A stretch of DNA of 64,000 bases, taken from contig NC_043010.1 in the NCBI RefSeq assembly GCF_006345805.1, forward strand, positions 28,334,001 to 28,398,000, written 5' to 3'. This stretch comes from Octopus sinensis. Taxonomy: Eukaryota. The notes beneath the pieces were generated by a model. That model saw only the letters and a list, made by a program, of their open reading frames with translations. It was not told the origin of the DNA and made no database searches. Position numbers and translations under genes: made by a program. Of this stretch, positions 11,614 to 27,077 are shown piece by piece (position 1 is the stretch's first letter; the number at the start of each line of letters is the position of its first letter).

Positions 11614-13407
11614 GACAAGCTTCTTTCAGTTTCCATCTACCAAATCCGCTCACATGGCTTTGGTCGGCTCGAATTGTCCAAGGTGCCATAGAGTGGCATT
11701 GAAGTGGAACCATGTAGTTGGTAAGCAAGTTTCTTACGACACAGCCACTCCTGCACCTATGTTGTTAATCCATTAGAAATTAGCCCTGTCTATTTAAATG
11801 CTCTATCTTCTCTCACTACTCCTCACTTATATCAGATTCTATACTAAATAAATACCCAAACCTTCCCAATTACAACTCTGTGGAGCTTCTTTGGTTCCCA
11901 TCAACCTCTCATGTGCTAACAAAGCATTGCTCTCTTTCTGTATGTGTGGAATTATAAGTAAATAAAGCAGGCTCCTTTTATAAGCCTGATAATTCTTTTT
12001 ATTAACCCGATTTACATCAAGAAATGAAATTCCCTCTTCATTGATCACACGCTCTTAATCCACTGCAGGTGTTTTAACATTGAACCTGTTCATTTAGTGG
12101 TATGACTGAGGGGTGGTGGCAGTGGTGTCACTGTTGGTAGTCAGGAATTTAATCTTTTGTTGTCATTTTACTGTTGACATACACTGCCTTCAATTTTGAA
12201 AATAATGATGAATTTAGTACACTGACGTTGTCCTTATTAAGCTATCATTTAGAGCATAAATTAACATGGAATTTTGTGAAAGTTTCAAGTCACTAACCTG
12301 TTTAATATATTTGTTGAAATACACTGCTTTTATTTAAATCAATTTTTAAAATCATCATCGTTTAATGTCTGCTTTCCATGCTAGCATGGGTTGGATGATT
12401 TGACTGAGGGCTGGCGAACCAGATGGCTGCACCAGGCTCCAATCTTGATCTGGCAGACTTTCTACAGCTGGATGCCCTTCCTTACACCAACCACTCCAAG
12501 AGTGTAGTGGGTGCTTTTATGTGCCACCGGCACAAGGGTTAGGCCCAGGTGGTACTGGCAATGGCCACGCTCAAATGGTGTTTTTTACATGCCACCTGCA
12601 CAGTAGCCAGTCCAGCGGCACTGGCAACAACCTCGCTTGAATGTTTTTTCACATGCCACTGGCACATGTGCCTGTCTTTATCAGACTGGTGTTTGAGACA
12701 TAAATGAACATGAAATTTTGATAGAAGGTTCTAATTTAGATCATTTAAAACTGCAAGATTAGATCACAGACCCAGGGCCGTCTCAGGTATGATGGTATCA
12801 AGAGTTTACAACTTGAATGTTATGTTTTTTTTTTCTTTTTCTTTTTCTGAGGACAAAAATGGGTACAGATGTGGAATAAACTACTTTCACCTGTGAGGGG
12901 TTCTTTCGAAAGCCTTGGCTTTCTCTTATTCCTCATCATCCAGTGTTTCAAATCTGAGTTTTGTCCCCATTAATGAGGGTGGCCAGATCCACCTCAATGC
13001 CATAGCAACTGAAGTAGGCAGGTGCAGCTCACCCCGACCTTTGGGCTGGCTAGTGCCCATTCTCCTTTGCTATCATGAGGCATTTTTTTGGAGCTGGTTT
13101 TTCTACAGGGAGCATGCCCTTGCTTAGCTGCAACCTCAGTTTCTAGACATGAGTGGTCCCAAGACCAAGGCCTTTACCACAATTTTTAAGAAATGTGGTG
13201 GAAAACTAGCTCAGGAAGGCAGGGACACTACTCCCTGAGACCCCTTTCAGAGCCCTGCTACCTATTATTTATATATTTCTATTATTTATCCTCTCACTTA
13301 TATCTTTCTATTTCACTTCAAACAATTTTGTGCTTAGTATTTGCAGGCACTGACCATCATTGGTTTTCTCAGTCCTTGAGTACCCCAGGTCAGATGTGTC
13401 TTGGTAA

Positions 13408-13448
<41 letters not shown>

Positions 13449-13889
13449 TGGGCTTCTTTCAGTTTCCATCAACCAAATTAACTTGCAAGTCTCTGAGTTG
13501 GCCCAGAACTATATTAGAAGACAGTCGCTAAAAGTTCCGTGCAGTGTGACTGAACCTGTAACCTTGAGGTTGACATGCAACCCATAAACTTGGACAATTT
13601 TTGTTAATTCCTCTCCTATCAGGACATGCAAACATGAAGACATTATAATTTCCTTTTTAATACAGTGTCATTGTTATCACCATCGTTTTTACATCTGTTT
13701 TTCCATGTTTCCTTGTGTCACATAAATTCATTGTGTAGAATGCAATAAGGACCACAAACTTATACCTGGTTAATAAGGTTCATTTGGCTGGTGGAAATGG
13801 TCATTTTAAGATTGAAATCTTTTTTGGATTTTTTTTTTTCTTTTCTTGATAGTAGGTTGAAAATAGCAAATAGCTTCAGAAGCCTTTTG

Positions 13890-14443
13890 GGATCTTTACC
13901 TACAGATTTAAAAAAATAATTTTTTGTAACTAAACACTTTCAAACTTCGGACACTGGTAGAATGTGTCATATAAAACATGTTTTACTCTTAGCATTTTTG
14001 AGAAAAACTTATATTTAGGAAGTAATTTCACGTCAAAGTAGTTGTATTTCAGTAATTTCAACCAATCAATGACGTGTATTCAGCTGAATAAAATTCCTGT
14101 CGTTGTTTGTCAACAACAACTATCGGTAGTGTATTTTTCGCTTGTCACTGTTATTTATGACATCGTTAGCTTTAAGGTTTTCAGGTTAGGGTTGTCATAA
14201 ATAACAGCGACAAACGAAAAATACAACGGCAGTAATTTTATTCAGCTGAATACATGTCATTGATTGGTTGAAATTACCAAAATAGGACTACTTTAACGTG
14301 AAATTACTTCCTAAATATAAGTTTTTCTCAAAAATGCTAAGAGTAAAACATGTTTTATGACACATTCTACCAGTGTCCGAAGTTTGAAAATGTTTAGTTC
14401 CAAAAATTATTTTTTAAATCTGTAGGTCAAAAGGTGAAGATCC
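13890..14443. mobile_element. Long foldback element (~250-bp arms, GGATC termini; Merlin-like) in cathepsin intron 1
   Basis: Near-complete palindrome around a central GGTTAGGGTT; degenerate TSD GCCTTTTG / GCTTTTTTG. Same family as 38249-38671 and the half element ending at 35043. Confidence 0.85.
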
Positions 14444-14462
14444 GCTTTTTTGTCCTCTACAA

Positions 14463-14778
14463 CAGTGCTTCTCAAACCATCTGATGTGGCATACTGGCAG
14501 TTTTTTTTTTTTTTTTTTTTTCTTTCTCCCTAATGTACCGGGGACCGGTAATATTAATTTATACTGGAAACAATATATATAATGAATATAATAAAAGTTG
14601 ACAATTTCTTTTTATCTTATATTTTTGTAAACAAATGATACTATATTACATAAGCTGATAAGTTGCTTACTGCAGTTCATAAGGAAAAATTACTGAAATT
14701 ATGCTATTGTTTCTTTCTTTTCTGGAAACTCGACACTGGCAGCTGATGGCTCACAGACCACCACTTTGAGTAGAACTG
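14463..14778. mobile_element. hAT-like MITE
   Basis: CAGTGCTTCTCAAA ... TTTGAGTAGAACTG; TSD CTCTACAA / CTCTACAT. Confidence 0.7.
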
Positions 14779-15271
14779 CTCTACATGTCTTTATAAAAAA
14801 TTTTATTCAGAATTAAAGTATAATGAAAGTCACTCGGCAACAAAAAAGCTATGTCATTCCTTTTATCATGGTCACGTAATCAGATAAGCAATTGTAAAAA
14901 AAAAAACCCCAGTTTTACAAGGAAATATTTGAACAAGTATAATAAAGACTGTTGTCCTTTATTAAAATTTGCTTATTGCTTGTGTGTTGTTAAGTGAAAA
15001 TATTCTATATTTTTTACTGGCATTCTATTGTTCTATTATATTAGAATAGCATTCTATTATTATTTCAATCATGAGACTAATGTTATGTTGGGGTACGACT
15101 CTCAAAGGATTTTTTTAAGATCAATTATATTGGTTCCGGAAATAACTTCAATCCATTTCTCTTATCAAGTGCCTACAATCTGAGTTTTGTTTTGTTTGTT
15201 TGTTTAATTGCCACAGTGATATATTTACTGTATTTTAAAAATATTTTTTGAATTTCTCTCTTTGTTTCAGA

Positions 15272-15417
15272 ATGTTTAACTTTCTGGCAATTGTCCTAGT
15301 GGCTACATGCGTGGTTGCATACCCATTTGACACTAGTTCGTATTTGGATGATGAATGGGCCACATTCAAAACTACATTTAAAAAAAATTATGAAAAAGAA
15401 TCTGAGGAGTACTTCAG
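15272..15417 (+). CDS. CTSL: Cathepsin L-like protease, coding exon 1 (signal peptide, start of I29 propeptide)
   Basis: tttcag|A ATG; MFNFLAIVLVATCVVAYPFDTSSYLDDEWATFKTTFKKNYEKESEEYF(R); phase-2 donor AG|GTAAA. Confidence 0.93.
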
Positions 15418-16154
15418 GTAAACATTTTCCATTTGTGTCCTCTCTCTCTCAAAATGTGTAATCTCAAGATTAACCCTTTTCAGGAATTATGTGAAATTTT
15501 GAATTAATTATGCATTATTTTGTTAACTTTGAAATTTTGATGATGCAATTGTTTATTTTTAGAATGACATTGTGGATAGGCGTGAGAGGCCAAATCTGGC
15601 CAGTTTGAACATAAAACAGAATATTTGGTCTGTTTTAAATGCTAAAGCGTTAGCATATATTGAATACCTTTATGATTCTTGTCTTAGTGTCTATGTCGCT
15701 TGGATTTGATGATGGGTTGATTTCTGCCTGTGTTGTACAACTTCTTTATGGTGGTAGTGGTGGTGGTTGTTGTGTGTGTGTATATCTGTGGGCCCTTTTC
15801 ATCATGTTGAACTGTTGATCCCTACACATTTTTTCTCCATTTTGTTTTTCTCTTAATCCTTTCTGTTGAAGAGCATAGGCTCAAAACATCAAAGACTTTT
15901 CCATTCTTCTTGAGTGTTAAACTAACACGGCTGCTTGTTGTTCCTTCACCTGTCTTTGTCTTTTGTTTTCTGTAAATTTGAACTATACATATATATATAT
16001 ATATGCCAGTGACACGTAAAAAGCACCCACTACAGTCTCGGAGTAGTTGGCGTTAATAAGGGCATCCAGATCAGATTGGAGCCTGGTGCAACCTACTGAC
16101 TTGCCTGTCTCCAGTCAGACCCATGCCAGCATGGAAAACAGACGTTAAATGATG

Positions 16155-16195
<41 letters not shown>

Positions 16196-17383
16196 CCTAG
16201 CAGAGCTCAGCTATTCAATACAGGTCAAATAACACCACTCTATTCTTTTGTGCTTTTCTTGTAGGGTCCACACTGCTCACCATTGCAAAGTTTCTCAGAA
16301 AAAAACATAAACACTGCACCTCCTTGTTTGTTGAAGCCTTAAAAAAAAGTAAAATTTAAAATTGAATTTTAAATGGTGGCAGTGGCTGCTGCTGTGATAT
16401 GTTACTTTGTGGCTGTTATTATTTCTAGTTCTGTAAATCTTTTATTAGTATAAAAAATATCTGTTCAGATATTTAGTGGTGGCAACCCCGTTACCCTATA
16501 AGCTGTACACAAGAATCATGAACGTGATTAGTGAGTGTTTGCATGTAGTTGGTTTCTAAGTTTTGTATCCTGACACTAATTTTTATCCTTTGTGCAGAGT
16601 GTCCGGAATTCTAAGGATGCAACTCTTGTATCTTTGATACTCTTTTACTCGTTTCAGTCATTTGACTGCGGTCATGCTGGAGCACCACCTTTAGTCAAAT
16701 AAATCGACTCCAGGACTTATTCTATCGTTCTCTTTTTGTTGAATCGCTAAGTGATCGGTTGTCAAGTATGGTGGGGGTGACAAACACATACATACATACA
16801 TATATACACAACGAGCTTCTTTCAGTTTCCGTCTACCAAGTCCACTCACAAAGCTTTGGTCAGCCTGAGGCTATAGTAGAAGAACCTTGCCCAAGGTTCC
16901 ACACAGTGGGATTGAACCAGGAACCATGTGGTTGGGAAACAAGCTTCTTACCACACAGCCACTCCTACGCAAATATTTGGTGTGCATCATCATCATCATT
17001 GTCGTCGTTCTGTAGTTACTTCCATGCTTGCATGTATCGGACAGGTTATCAGGGTCCAAGTCACCTATTTGTTAGGGAACTATTGTTATTTTAGACTAGT
17101 GCCCTAACATGCTGTTTTGTTTGGATTCTACTGCTGGATGCTGTCACCAACCACTTTACAAAGTATATCAGGTGCTTTTTTATTTTTCCTGTTCTTTTTT
17201 TTTGCTGCACCAACATAAGAGAAGTTGAGTAAAACTTAACGTTTTAACATTCAGATTTTGATATTGTGATTGTTTATTCTTAGAATGACACTGTCGAATG
17301 GGTTTGAGAGGTTGGTGAGTTTTTATTCCTTTTTGGGAATCTTATTAAATGAATTGACTAATTTACGTTTTTGATCTTTGCAG

Positions 17384-17489
17384 GCGACTTGTCTGGGAAA
17401 AGAACCATTTGTTTGTTTTGGCACACAACTCAGCTGCCAAACAAAAGAAAGTTCACTATACTGTAGCTATGAATAAATATGGTGATCTT
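17384..17489 (+). CDS. CTSL: Cathepsin L-like, coding exon 2 (ERFNIN and GNFD propeptide motifs)
   Basis: ttgcag| (R)RLVWEKNHLFVLAHNSAAKQKKVHYTVAMNKYGDL |gtaagt. Confidence 0.95.
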
Positions 17490-18282
17490 GTAAGTAAATT
17501 TCAGAGGAATTCTTCATAATTTTAATAACTCTTTAATGTAACTCCCGGGTGCAGTTGTAAGAATTTAGAATGATTTTGTAGGATAGGTGTGAGAGTTTGA
17601 GTATGAAACAAGTTGACTATTTGGGTTTGATCTGATTGGTTTAAATGCTAAGCAGTTAAAATAAAAGCAGTGTAATTCAAAGGAGATATGCTAACAAAAA
17701 GGTTTAGCTGGTATTTCAAGCATAAATTAACATGAAATTTTGAAAATTTCAGGTGGGTTGCTGTCAGGTTCTTATTTTATGCATCCATCTTAATTCTTTG
17801 TTAGATAAATTATCAATTTAAAAAAATTTTGCTGGTTAACTTTTAATTTTTCAAACTTAATAGTGCATGGCTCTAGTCCTTACAGGATTTTAAAAATTGG
17901 CCATTATAAACATTATAAAGTCTAAAACTCCTTCAGAATCAATTCACTTCATCATCGTTTAACATCAGCTTTTTATGCTGGCATGAGTTGGTCTGTTTGA
18001 CAGGAGCTGGCCAGACTCCAGTTGTCTATTATGGCATGGTTTCTACAGCTGGATGCCTTTCCTAATGCCAACTACTTTACAGGGTGTGCTGGGTACATTT
18101 AGGCAGCACTGGCACCTGTAAAGGACAGGCTTGTATATATGAATGACAGTGATTTTTCCACCCACTAAAAATCTTACTGATTAACAAAATCAGTTCTTTT
18201 AAGTGATATCATTTAAAAGAACTAATTTTCATCACTCTAGTTCTTTTTTATTATTTTTAATTACTTTTCATCTTTCCAACAG

Positions 18283-18438
18283 ACTCATAAGGAATTCGTT
18301 GAAATAATGAATGGTTATAAAGGTTCCGGCAAAACCAGTTTGAAAAGTGGATCAGTTGATTCTGATGACACCTTAGTTTATTTGCCAAAGACAGTTGATT
18401 GGAGAGATGAAGGCTATGTGACTCCTGTGAAAGACCAG
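18283..18438 (+). CDS. CTSL: Cathepsin L-like, coding exon 3 (pro/mature junction, oxyanion Gln)
   Basis: caacag| THKEFVEIMNGY...LPKTVDWRDEGYVTPVKDQ |gtaaga. Confidence 0.96.
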
Positions 18439-20369
18439 GTAAGATCCTATCAGTATTGTTGTACAATGTGAATTCTGTAAATGCAAGTATGTGACAGTAT
18501 ATATACATATATATCTTTACTTGACAGTGTGTATCTGCAGAGTTCTTGATCGGAAATTTATACTCAACAAAATGACAGTATCTGGTGCTGTTGATTTTAC
18601 AAGACAAGTGCCTGTGCCAAACTAACTGCATCTGGTCTAGTCTGTGAATGATTGACAACAGAAAAAAAAAAAATCATCATTATCATCATAGTTTAACGTC
18701 CATTTTCCATGCTAGCATGGGTTGGACCAGGGTCTGGGAAGCCGGAGGCTGCACCAGGCTCCAGTCTAATCTGGCAGTGTTTCTACAGCTGGATGCCCTT
18801 CCTAATGCCAACCACTCCGTGAGTGTAGTGGGTGCTTTTTACATTCCACCGGCACAAGTGCCAGGGGAGGCTGGCAGCAGCCACGATCAGTTGGTGCTTT
18901 TTATGTGCCACCGACACAGAAGCCAGTCAAGGTGGCACTGGCATCGGATGGTACTTTTTACGTGCCACAAGCACAGGTATCATAACTACATTTTCCATTT
19001 GGTATTTATTTTGATGTTGATGTACTTGGCACAGCAGGTCACCCTACGATCAAAGGTAAGTACAGCAGGTCGTTCTACAATTCAAGGTACTTTGGATGGG
19101 CTGGGGCTATGCGAAACTGATGCAGGAAACAGCCATGAACTCACATTATTTGTCGGGTCTTTGCAGTCACAGCATATCTTCAAAATTCTCAGCTAAATGA
19201 AATACAGTGTTAGATCAAGATCTCTTGGAGAATCCTGATTCACAGCAATGCTAGACTGAAAAAAAAATGTGTCAGACATCTCCATGATCACAATCATTAT
19301 CATCATCATTGTTGTATATACTCCAGCTAAGATTAGCAATAGTATGCAGGTATGCACTAACAAAGCATCCCTGCATCCATCATTTATGTAGTCCCTTACG
19401 ACTCCTGGTGCATGACACATTTGCACAACTCGGGCAACAATCCTCCAACCTATGGCTCTGTTTGGGTGGTCGTTGCTGGTGAGGGTTTTAATAGGTCGGG
19501 GTTCAAATCCCATCTTGCCCGCTTTCAGTCACCTTTTATGACATACAGAGGAAATGTTGGCTCTATTCTTTGACATGCTGGTTCCTCCACAGCAATAGAG
19601 CAACGTAAAATGAAGTGTTTTGCTCAAGAACACAACGTCACCCAGTCTGAGAATCAGACCCATGATTATGGGTGCAACACCCAAACTACTAGGCCATGTA
19701 CTTTTGCAGTTTTGAGTGGAGTAACTGGTTGGGACTCTGTGCAACCCATGTAGTTAATTTTGAAATCAGGTTATCCCCTCTATACTTCTTGTACCCCCCC
19801 CCCCCCACTGTCTCCTATAGATAGGCCCAAATACATATCTAACACCAATTTTTTTTTTTCTCTCTCAGTCTATCTTTCTCAAACTTCCTCTCCTGAAATA
19901 GTCAAGTATCTCCTCAAGTAAGACGACTATTTTGCTCCCTCTGTTACACTCTTTCTTACCTGGCTCACAGCTACTTCCCTCGATTCTACTCTCTCTCATC
20001 TAAGAAGTCTTTGTCTTTGGTGACCTATTGGTACCATGTAAAAAGCACCCCATACACCCTGTAAAGTGGTTGGCATTTGGAAGGGTATCCAGCCATAGAA
20101 ACCATGCCAAAAGCAGGCAAATGAAGCCATGTGTAGATCTCTGGCTTTTGTCAGCTCTTGTCAAACCATCCAACCCATGGAAAACAGACGTTAAATGATG
20201 ATAATGGTTGATTAGTTAATCCATTGGTTTACCAGTCTTTGCCTTGATGTTATAATGATAGTATTTGGTGCTTGTTGTGGTTGTGTACATCCATACCTAT
20301 TTGCTTTCCAAATCTTGAAAGTATTGCCTTAACATAATCTATATATATTTTTTTTTTTTTCTATTCTAG

Positions 20370-20513
<144 letters not shown>

Positions 20514-22140
20514 TGATCTCCAGTTTTAGCAATACTGATTGCCTAATAATTAACTTCCAATCTCATCAATTTTTCCATATATTTCTATTTTTATTATTAA
20601 GGCAGCAAGCTGGCAGAATTATTAGCATGCTGGACAAAATGCTTAGCAGTATTTTGGCTGTTAATACATTCTGAGTTCAAATTCTGCCGAGGTCAACTTT
20701 GTCTTTCATCCTTTTGGGGTCAATAAATTAAGTACCAGTAAAATAATGGGGTTGATGTAATTGATTAGTTCCTGCCAAATTTCAGGCCTTGTGCCTATAG
20801 TAGAAAGGATTATTATTATTATTATGCTTTCTATTCTAAGTGCAAGACTTGAAATTTGGCAGGAAGGGGCAAGTTGATGACATTGACCCTAGTGTTAAAT
20901 TGGTATTTATTTTGATCGACCTGGAAAGGAATGTCAACCTCTGCAGAATTTGAACTCCAGATGTAAGGACAATGAAATGCCACTAAGCATTTTGTCTGTG
21001 CAGTATGCTAACAATTCTGCCAGATTGTCACCTTTGCCTTAATAATAATAAAAATAAAAATGATGATAATAATAATCCTTTTTACTTCAGGCACAAATCC
21101 TGAAATTTTGGGGCAAGGAACTTCAATTACATTGACTCCGATGCTCAACTGGTGCTTATTTTATTGAAAAAATGAAAGGCAATAATCGACCCTGATGGAA
21201 TTTGAACTCTGAATGTAAAGATGGATAAAATGCAACTAAGCATTCTGCCATTTTGCCACTTTAGCCTTAGTAATAATTATGGGTTCCAATTTAGGCATAA
21301 GGCCAGCTGTTTTGTGGAAATGGGGAACTGGTCGATTATACTGATCCTAATACTTGACTGCTACTTTATTCCCCGTCTCCCCTAATAGATAATGGCAAAG
21401 TGAATTTTGGTAGGAATTGAGATTTAGATTATAAAGACTTTGAAGATAAACCACAGGGCATATTGTCTCCAGCGCTCTAGTAATTTTGCTGTTCGCTGAT
21501 AATTTTTCCATTGCTACAAGGATGATGAGTGAAGTCACATTACTGAGACAGGATTTATAATGAAATTGAATTAAATGAACTATGATGTTCAGTGCTGAGT
21601 GGTTGGTGCTAGGAAGGGCATCCAGCTGTAAAAAATCCTGTCGCGATAGTTACAGAAGTTGGGTGCAGGCTTCTGTCTGGCTGGCTCTTGTCAAACCATC
21701 CCACCCATGCCAGCATGGGAGGCGGACGTTAAACGATGATCATGATGAAAATATGCTCCTAGGAGGGGTCAGCTATCTAAATGCAACCAAAGAAACCTCA
21801 TAGAACCAGAATGATCACCCCCCCCCCCCACTGACTACCAAGAGTAAGTACCCCCTCCCCACTCATTATTCCTCAGTCTCCAGTCCAGGTGTATGGCATC
21901 ATAATAGAAACATACACTCTTACCATTTTCTACTTTTGGTATATTTATGCTGGACTGGACCATTCCATCTGCTCCAGGTGAATAAGGTTTTAGCCAAAGA
22001 GCAAAATGTCTGTCCTCAGTCCTTTCATTCATGTCCACCATAGAAATGCTTTGGCTATAGTCATCTTCCAAGGAAAAGAGTAAAAAAAAATGTCTACCTG
22101 ATCTTCTGAACCAAAGGAAGGCAGCAAGACAGTTTCTTAG

Positions 22141-22308
<168 letters not shown>

Positions 22309-23305
22309 TAAATTTTCTGGAATATTCCGTCATTGATAATCACTCATTTTGTAACTGTTGTTGTCAGCATCCTCCCCATGTACAGTTGTAAAGCTGGGCA
22401 CTAGCAATAATAATTTTGTTTTTACCTCAATGTCATTCTGTGTCATCATCATTTAATGTCCGTTTTTGATGATGATAACACAAAAACTACTACTACTACT
22501 AGTAGTTGCAGCAGCAGCAGCTTTAATAAAACCTATGGAACAATTAATCAAAATTGACAAGAGAATATGGTTGTACAAATGCATGCCTCTCTCTACACAC
22601 ACAGACATCTCATTATTATCATTTAGCATCCATTGTCCATGCTGGGATGGGTTGGATAGTTTGACCAAGACTGATATGCTAGAAGGCTGCACCAGACTCC
22701 ACTCTGATTTGGTGTGGTTTCTACGGATGGATGCCCTTCCTAACGCCAACCACACCGACAGTGTAATGGGTGCTTTTACTTGCCACCAACATGGGTGCCA
22801 TTTGCGTAACACCAGTATCTGCTACGACTGCAATTTTACTTGGTTTGATGGGTCTTCTTCTCTAGCACGACATAATGCCAAATGTTTCAGTCATTGCCTA
22901 CATGAGGCACAACACTCGAAAGGAGCTCTTCATGTGCCACCAGCATCAAACACTTTGTCTCCGTGAAGCCCAACATTTGAAAGGTTTTTTTTTTACTTGC
23001 CACTGGCATGGGAGCCAGCTCTGTGACACCAGCCTCATATATAATAATGTGTGTGCATGCACTTGCCCAAGATGCCTCACAATGGGTCCATACCCAGGAA
23101 TCTTGTGGTTGGGAAACAAACTTCTTACCACACAGCTATGTCTACGCTTAACATTTTTCAGACATAGTGTATAGGGCAATTTGTATTTTAAAAAAATTTT
23201 TAAAAAACAAAAGATAAACTGTAGGGTATATGATTTTAAATAAATTTAAATAAACTGCATTCTTTTATTAGTGTGTTTCATTGAAATTCTATGTTGTTAT
23301 TGCAG

Positions 23306-23589
23306 ACTAAAGACTGCCGTTTTGTCAAGAATGGGACTGGTGCTACTGATATCGGATTTCACGATATTGAATCGGGCAGTGAATATAAATTGCAGAAAGC
23401 TGTAGCTCATATTGGTCCAGTTTCTGTTGCCATTGATGCTAGTGATGTGCAATTCCGCTTTTACAAAAGTGGTGTTTATTACAATTCTGAATGTAGTGAT
23501 GAAAACCTTGATCATGGTGTTCTGGTTGTTGGTTATGGAGTTGATGAAAAAGATGAATCGGTGACTGATTACTGGTTAGTTAAAAACAG
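23306..23589 (+). CDS. CTSL: Cathepsin L-like, coding exon 6 (catalytic His and Asn)
   Basis: ttgcag| TKDCRF...GPVSVAIDAS...LDHGVLVVGYG...YWLVKN(S) |gtatgt. Confidence 0.97.
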
Positions 23590-24995
23590 GTATGTCTATC
23601 AAATGTTATTGTTTGTATTTTATCATTATTTTTATTTTATTTTTTTATAAAGGATGTTCAGAAGAATTGTTTGTATATATCACTGAATTATATTTGTGTT
23701 GTTTGGCTCCAGTCAGCCTTCGTTGAAAAGACATTCCAACCATAACCAGCCTATTGTATAGTTTTTCAAATTTTTAGATTATGTATTGGACCACATAATT
23801 CAATGTGGTCTCTTCTTTTCAAAAGAATGGGCTAAGAAAATTTAGCTGCCACTTCTAGCACATAAATGTGCTTGAAAAATAATCCATAAGAATGCTATCT
23901 TATTTGGTTGATGTTGAGGCTGTCTTTTTTTTTCATTTGCTTACCTCTTGTCCCTATGGTAGGGGTAGCATTTCTGCTTCATGATTTTGGAGGTTATGGT
24001 AGGAAAGAGAATGTGTACCTGTTGCAAGCATGGTTAAGAAGTTTATTTCACAAGCACAAGGTTTCAATCTCACTGTTCAATACTTTCTGCAAATATTTTC
24101 TACTATAATCTTGGATTCACTCATATTTTGATTAATATTAGGCAGAAAGATTAGGAAAAAACTACACAGAAGCCATATGAATGTGTGTTTACACCAATTC
24201 AAAAAAAAGTTATATTCCATAACTTAGTTTCTCAATATATAGAACTGGTAAGAACTTGTCTTAATATGATCAGCTAAACCTTTGAAGATGTTGCTTATGT
24301 CTGACCTTGGAAGAATATTAATCCGGAAACAGATGAGGGTTAGCAACAGGAAGGGCATCCAGCTGTAGAAAATCTGCCTCAGTGAATTTTCTTTGACCCA
24401 TACAAGTTTGGAAGAACGGCCACTAAGACAATGATGATAATATATATGTGTGTGTCTCTGTGTTTATATATCCAAAGTTTAGCCATTCAGTAAAAGAGAG
24501 CAACAAAATAATTTACAGTTTTATTCAGCAAAAAATTCTTCAAGGCGGTGCCCCAGCATGACCGAGTGAAAGATAAAGGATATGGCAGCAATCCATGACT
24601 AAAACCCCCCTTCAAGAAATATTCAAAGATGAACAAATTATCCCATCTAACTGTGTTTGATGTCTAAAATTTGCTGAAACTTTTCTTTCAACATACAGAA
24701 TGTCTTTTGGTATATTTCAATAAAAAGACTTCAGATGCTGGTAGTTAGATACTGTAGGCATCTGACCGTTCTACTTTCATGAAACTGTGCCAAAATCCTA
24801 TGTAAAGAATTAAGATCAGAACTTGAAGCTAGCAGAGATTGCCCTCTGCTCAAACTATGTCTTTTAAAAAAAGAAAGGGGAAAGCACTACATTATATATT
24901 ATATAGTGTAGCCCTACATACCCGAAGAATATGGCATTCTTACACACACACAAATCATTTTGTTTAACATCTTTCCATACTTGCATGGCATAGAT

Positions 24996-25637
24996 CATCA
25001 TCATCATTGTTCGACCGTGGTCGAGACAATGGAATTTACCATGCTACGCCAGACTTCACGGTCCATCATGGCATTATGGAGGTCCTGTTGTTGGATGCCT
25101 GTATCCCTGGAGATTACATCAGGGTAGGAGAGTGTGCGCCCTCTGGTATTGCGAGTAGATGGCTTCCAGAGAAGAGTAGAAATTACTTCTTTTTCAGCTC
25201 TACAACAATGTCCATCAAACTGGACTCTCCTACCTTTCACAAGAGATGACACAGGTGGTAGTTTCCCATATATTTGCATTTTGGTTGGATGGCGCTTCCA
25301 CGAGAGATTTTGAGCTCTCATAAGGAGGCGAGTGTAGGTTCATCCAACCGCCTCTCAAGCTTTGATAACGTCCAGGTTTCTGAGCCATATAGTAGAATTG
25401 GTTCGACTGTGGCTTTGAAGATTTCAAGTTTGAAGTCTCTACTTAGATTTGATGACCAGATCTTATGCATGTCATTACAGGCTGAACAGGCCATACCCTT
25501 TCTAGTTAGAAAGTCTTTTCCAGATGATATGTATGACCCAAGATATTTATAATCAGAAACCATATTTAAGGGCGCATTGTTGAGAGTATGGATGATGCAA
25601 TCACTGTTGGACAGGCACTTGTTTATGTATTCAGTTT
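24996..25637 (-). mobile_element. 5'-truncated RTE-group LINE (frameshifted) nested in a family C SINE
   Basis: YKYLGSYI...ILLYGSETWTL motifs, (GAT)n tail, TSD TGGCATAGAT (24986-24995) / TGGCATAAAT (25638-25647). Confidence 0.85.
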
Positions 25638-25839
25638 TGGCATAAATAGGGAGGTACATGAGACAGGATTTTTACAGCCAGATGCCTTTCCTGTTGTGAA
25701 CCTTTACCTGTTTTGCATTTAAGGGGTTTAAAGAGCAGGGCTCATGGACAATTTATCAATAAGTAATATAAAAAAATATCAGTGGCTCAGGGTAGTTTTG
25801 CAATTTATTCAGTCAGAGGCTTCTTACAGTTTCTGTTAA

Positions 25840-26190
<351 letters not shown>

Positions 26191-27077
26191 ATAGGACGAC
26201 TGTTTTTAAGTACACACTCACATTCACGTACGCATGTGTATACACACACAGACACTCTAGACAGGATTGGTAGAGCATCAGAGAAAATACCTTGTGGTAC
26301 TTCTGGTTACCACTCTTTTACACCTGAGTTTTCACACCCACACACACAGTAAAGCATTAGACAAAATGATGCCCTTTGTATTTTGTCATCACTCTTTTTA
26401 CCATTCTGGGTTCCTAACTTGTGTAGAAAAGAAATGGATTTGTAGATATGCCCCTACACACGCTCACAATTGGTGGAATATCAGACAAAACACCATTTTG
26501 GTATTTTTATTGTGACCTTGTTACAGTGCGTGTGTGTATGTGTGCCTGTATTCAAATCCTTTATCATATCAACTTTTTCTTTCTTTCATCGTTCCTTCCA
26601 TGAGACCAGTTTCATTTGTACCTGTGTACAATTTGCACCTGTGTGAAATACTGGAGTTGATGTAATTGACTGCACATTGTTAAGATGTCACCCCACAGCA
26701 TGGCTACAAGACCATCGAGTGAAACCAGGAAAACAACTTAGAAAATCGCATAAGTATATAGAATACCCTCACCACAGAACCAGATAATAGGGATGTAAAA
26801 AAAAAACAGAAAACAAACAATAGTGCAACAACAATAAAAACCTAACATAAACGCTGACTACTTAAAAGCCACGATTTTTTTTTTGTAGTTTTTGCATTTG
26901 AAACTGAGCTGGTATAAGATTTAGATAATGACAAAACATTTTTTTTTTAACCCAAACAATTATTCCAGTGTATAGAATTTCATGATAAATATGGATCTTA
27001 TATAGTTTGTTGGAATGTGATTTCTATTTTTATATTTAACTTTCGTTCTTTTTGAACTTGTCCATTTTACTTTTTTT

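Noticed and set aside
18648-19196. 182-aa ORF and similar ORFs containing FLQLDALPNANH
   Set aside because: Antisense translations of SINE family C recurring across the window; not protein coding.
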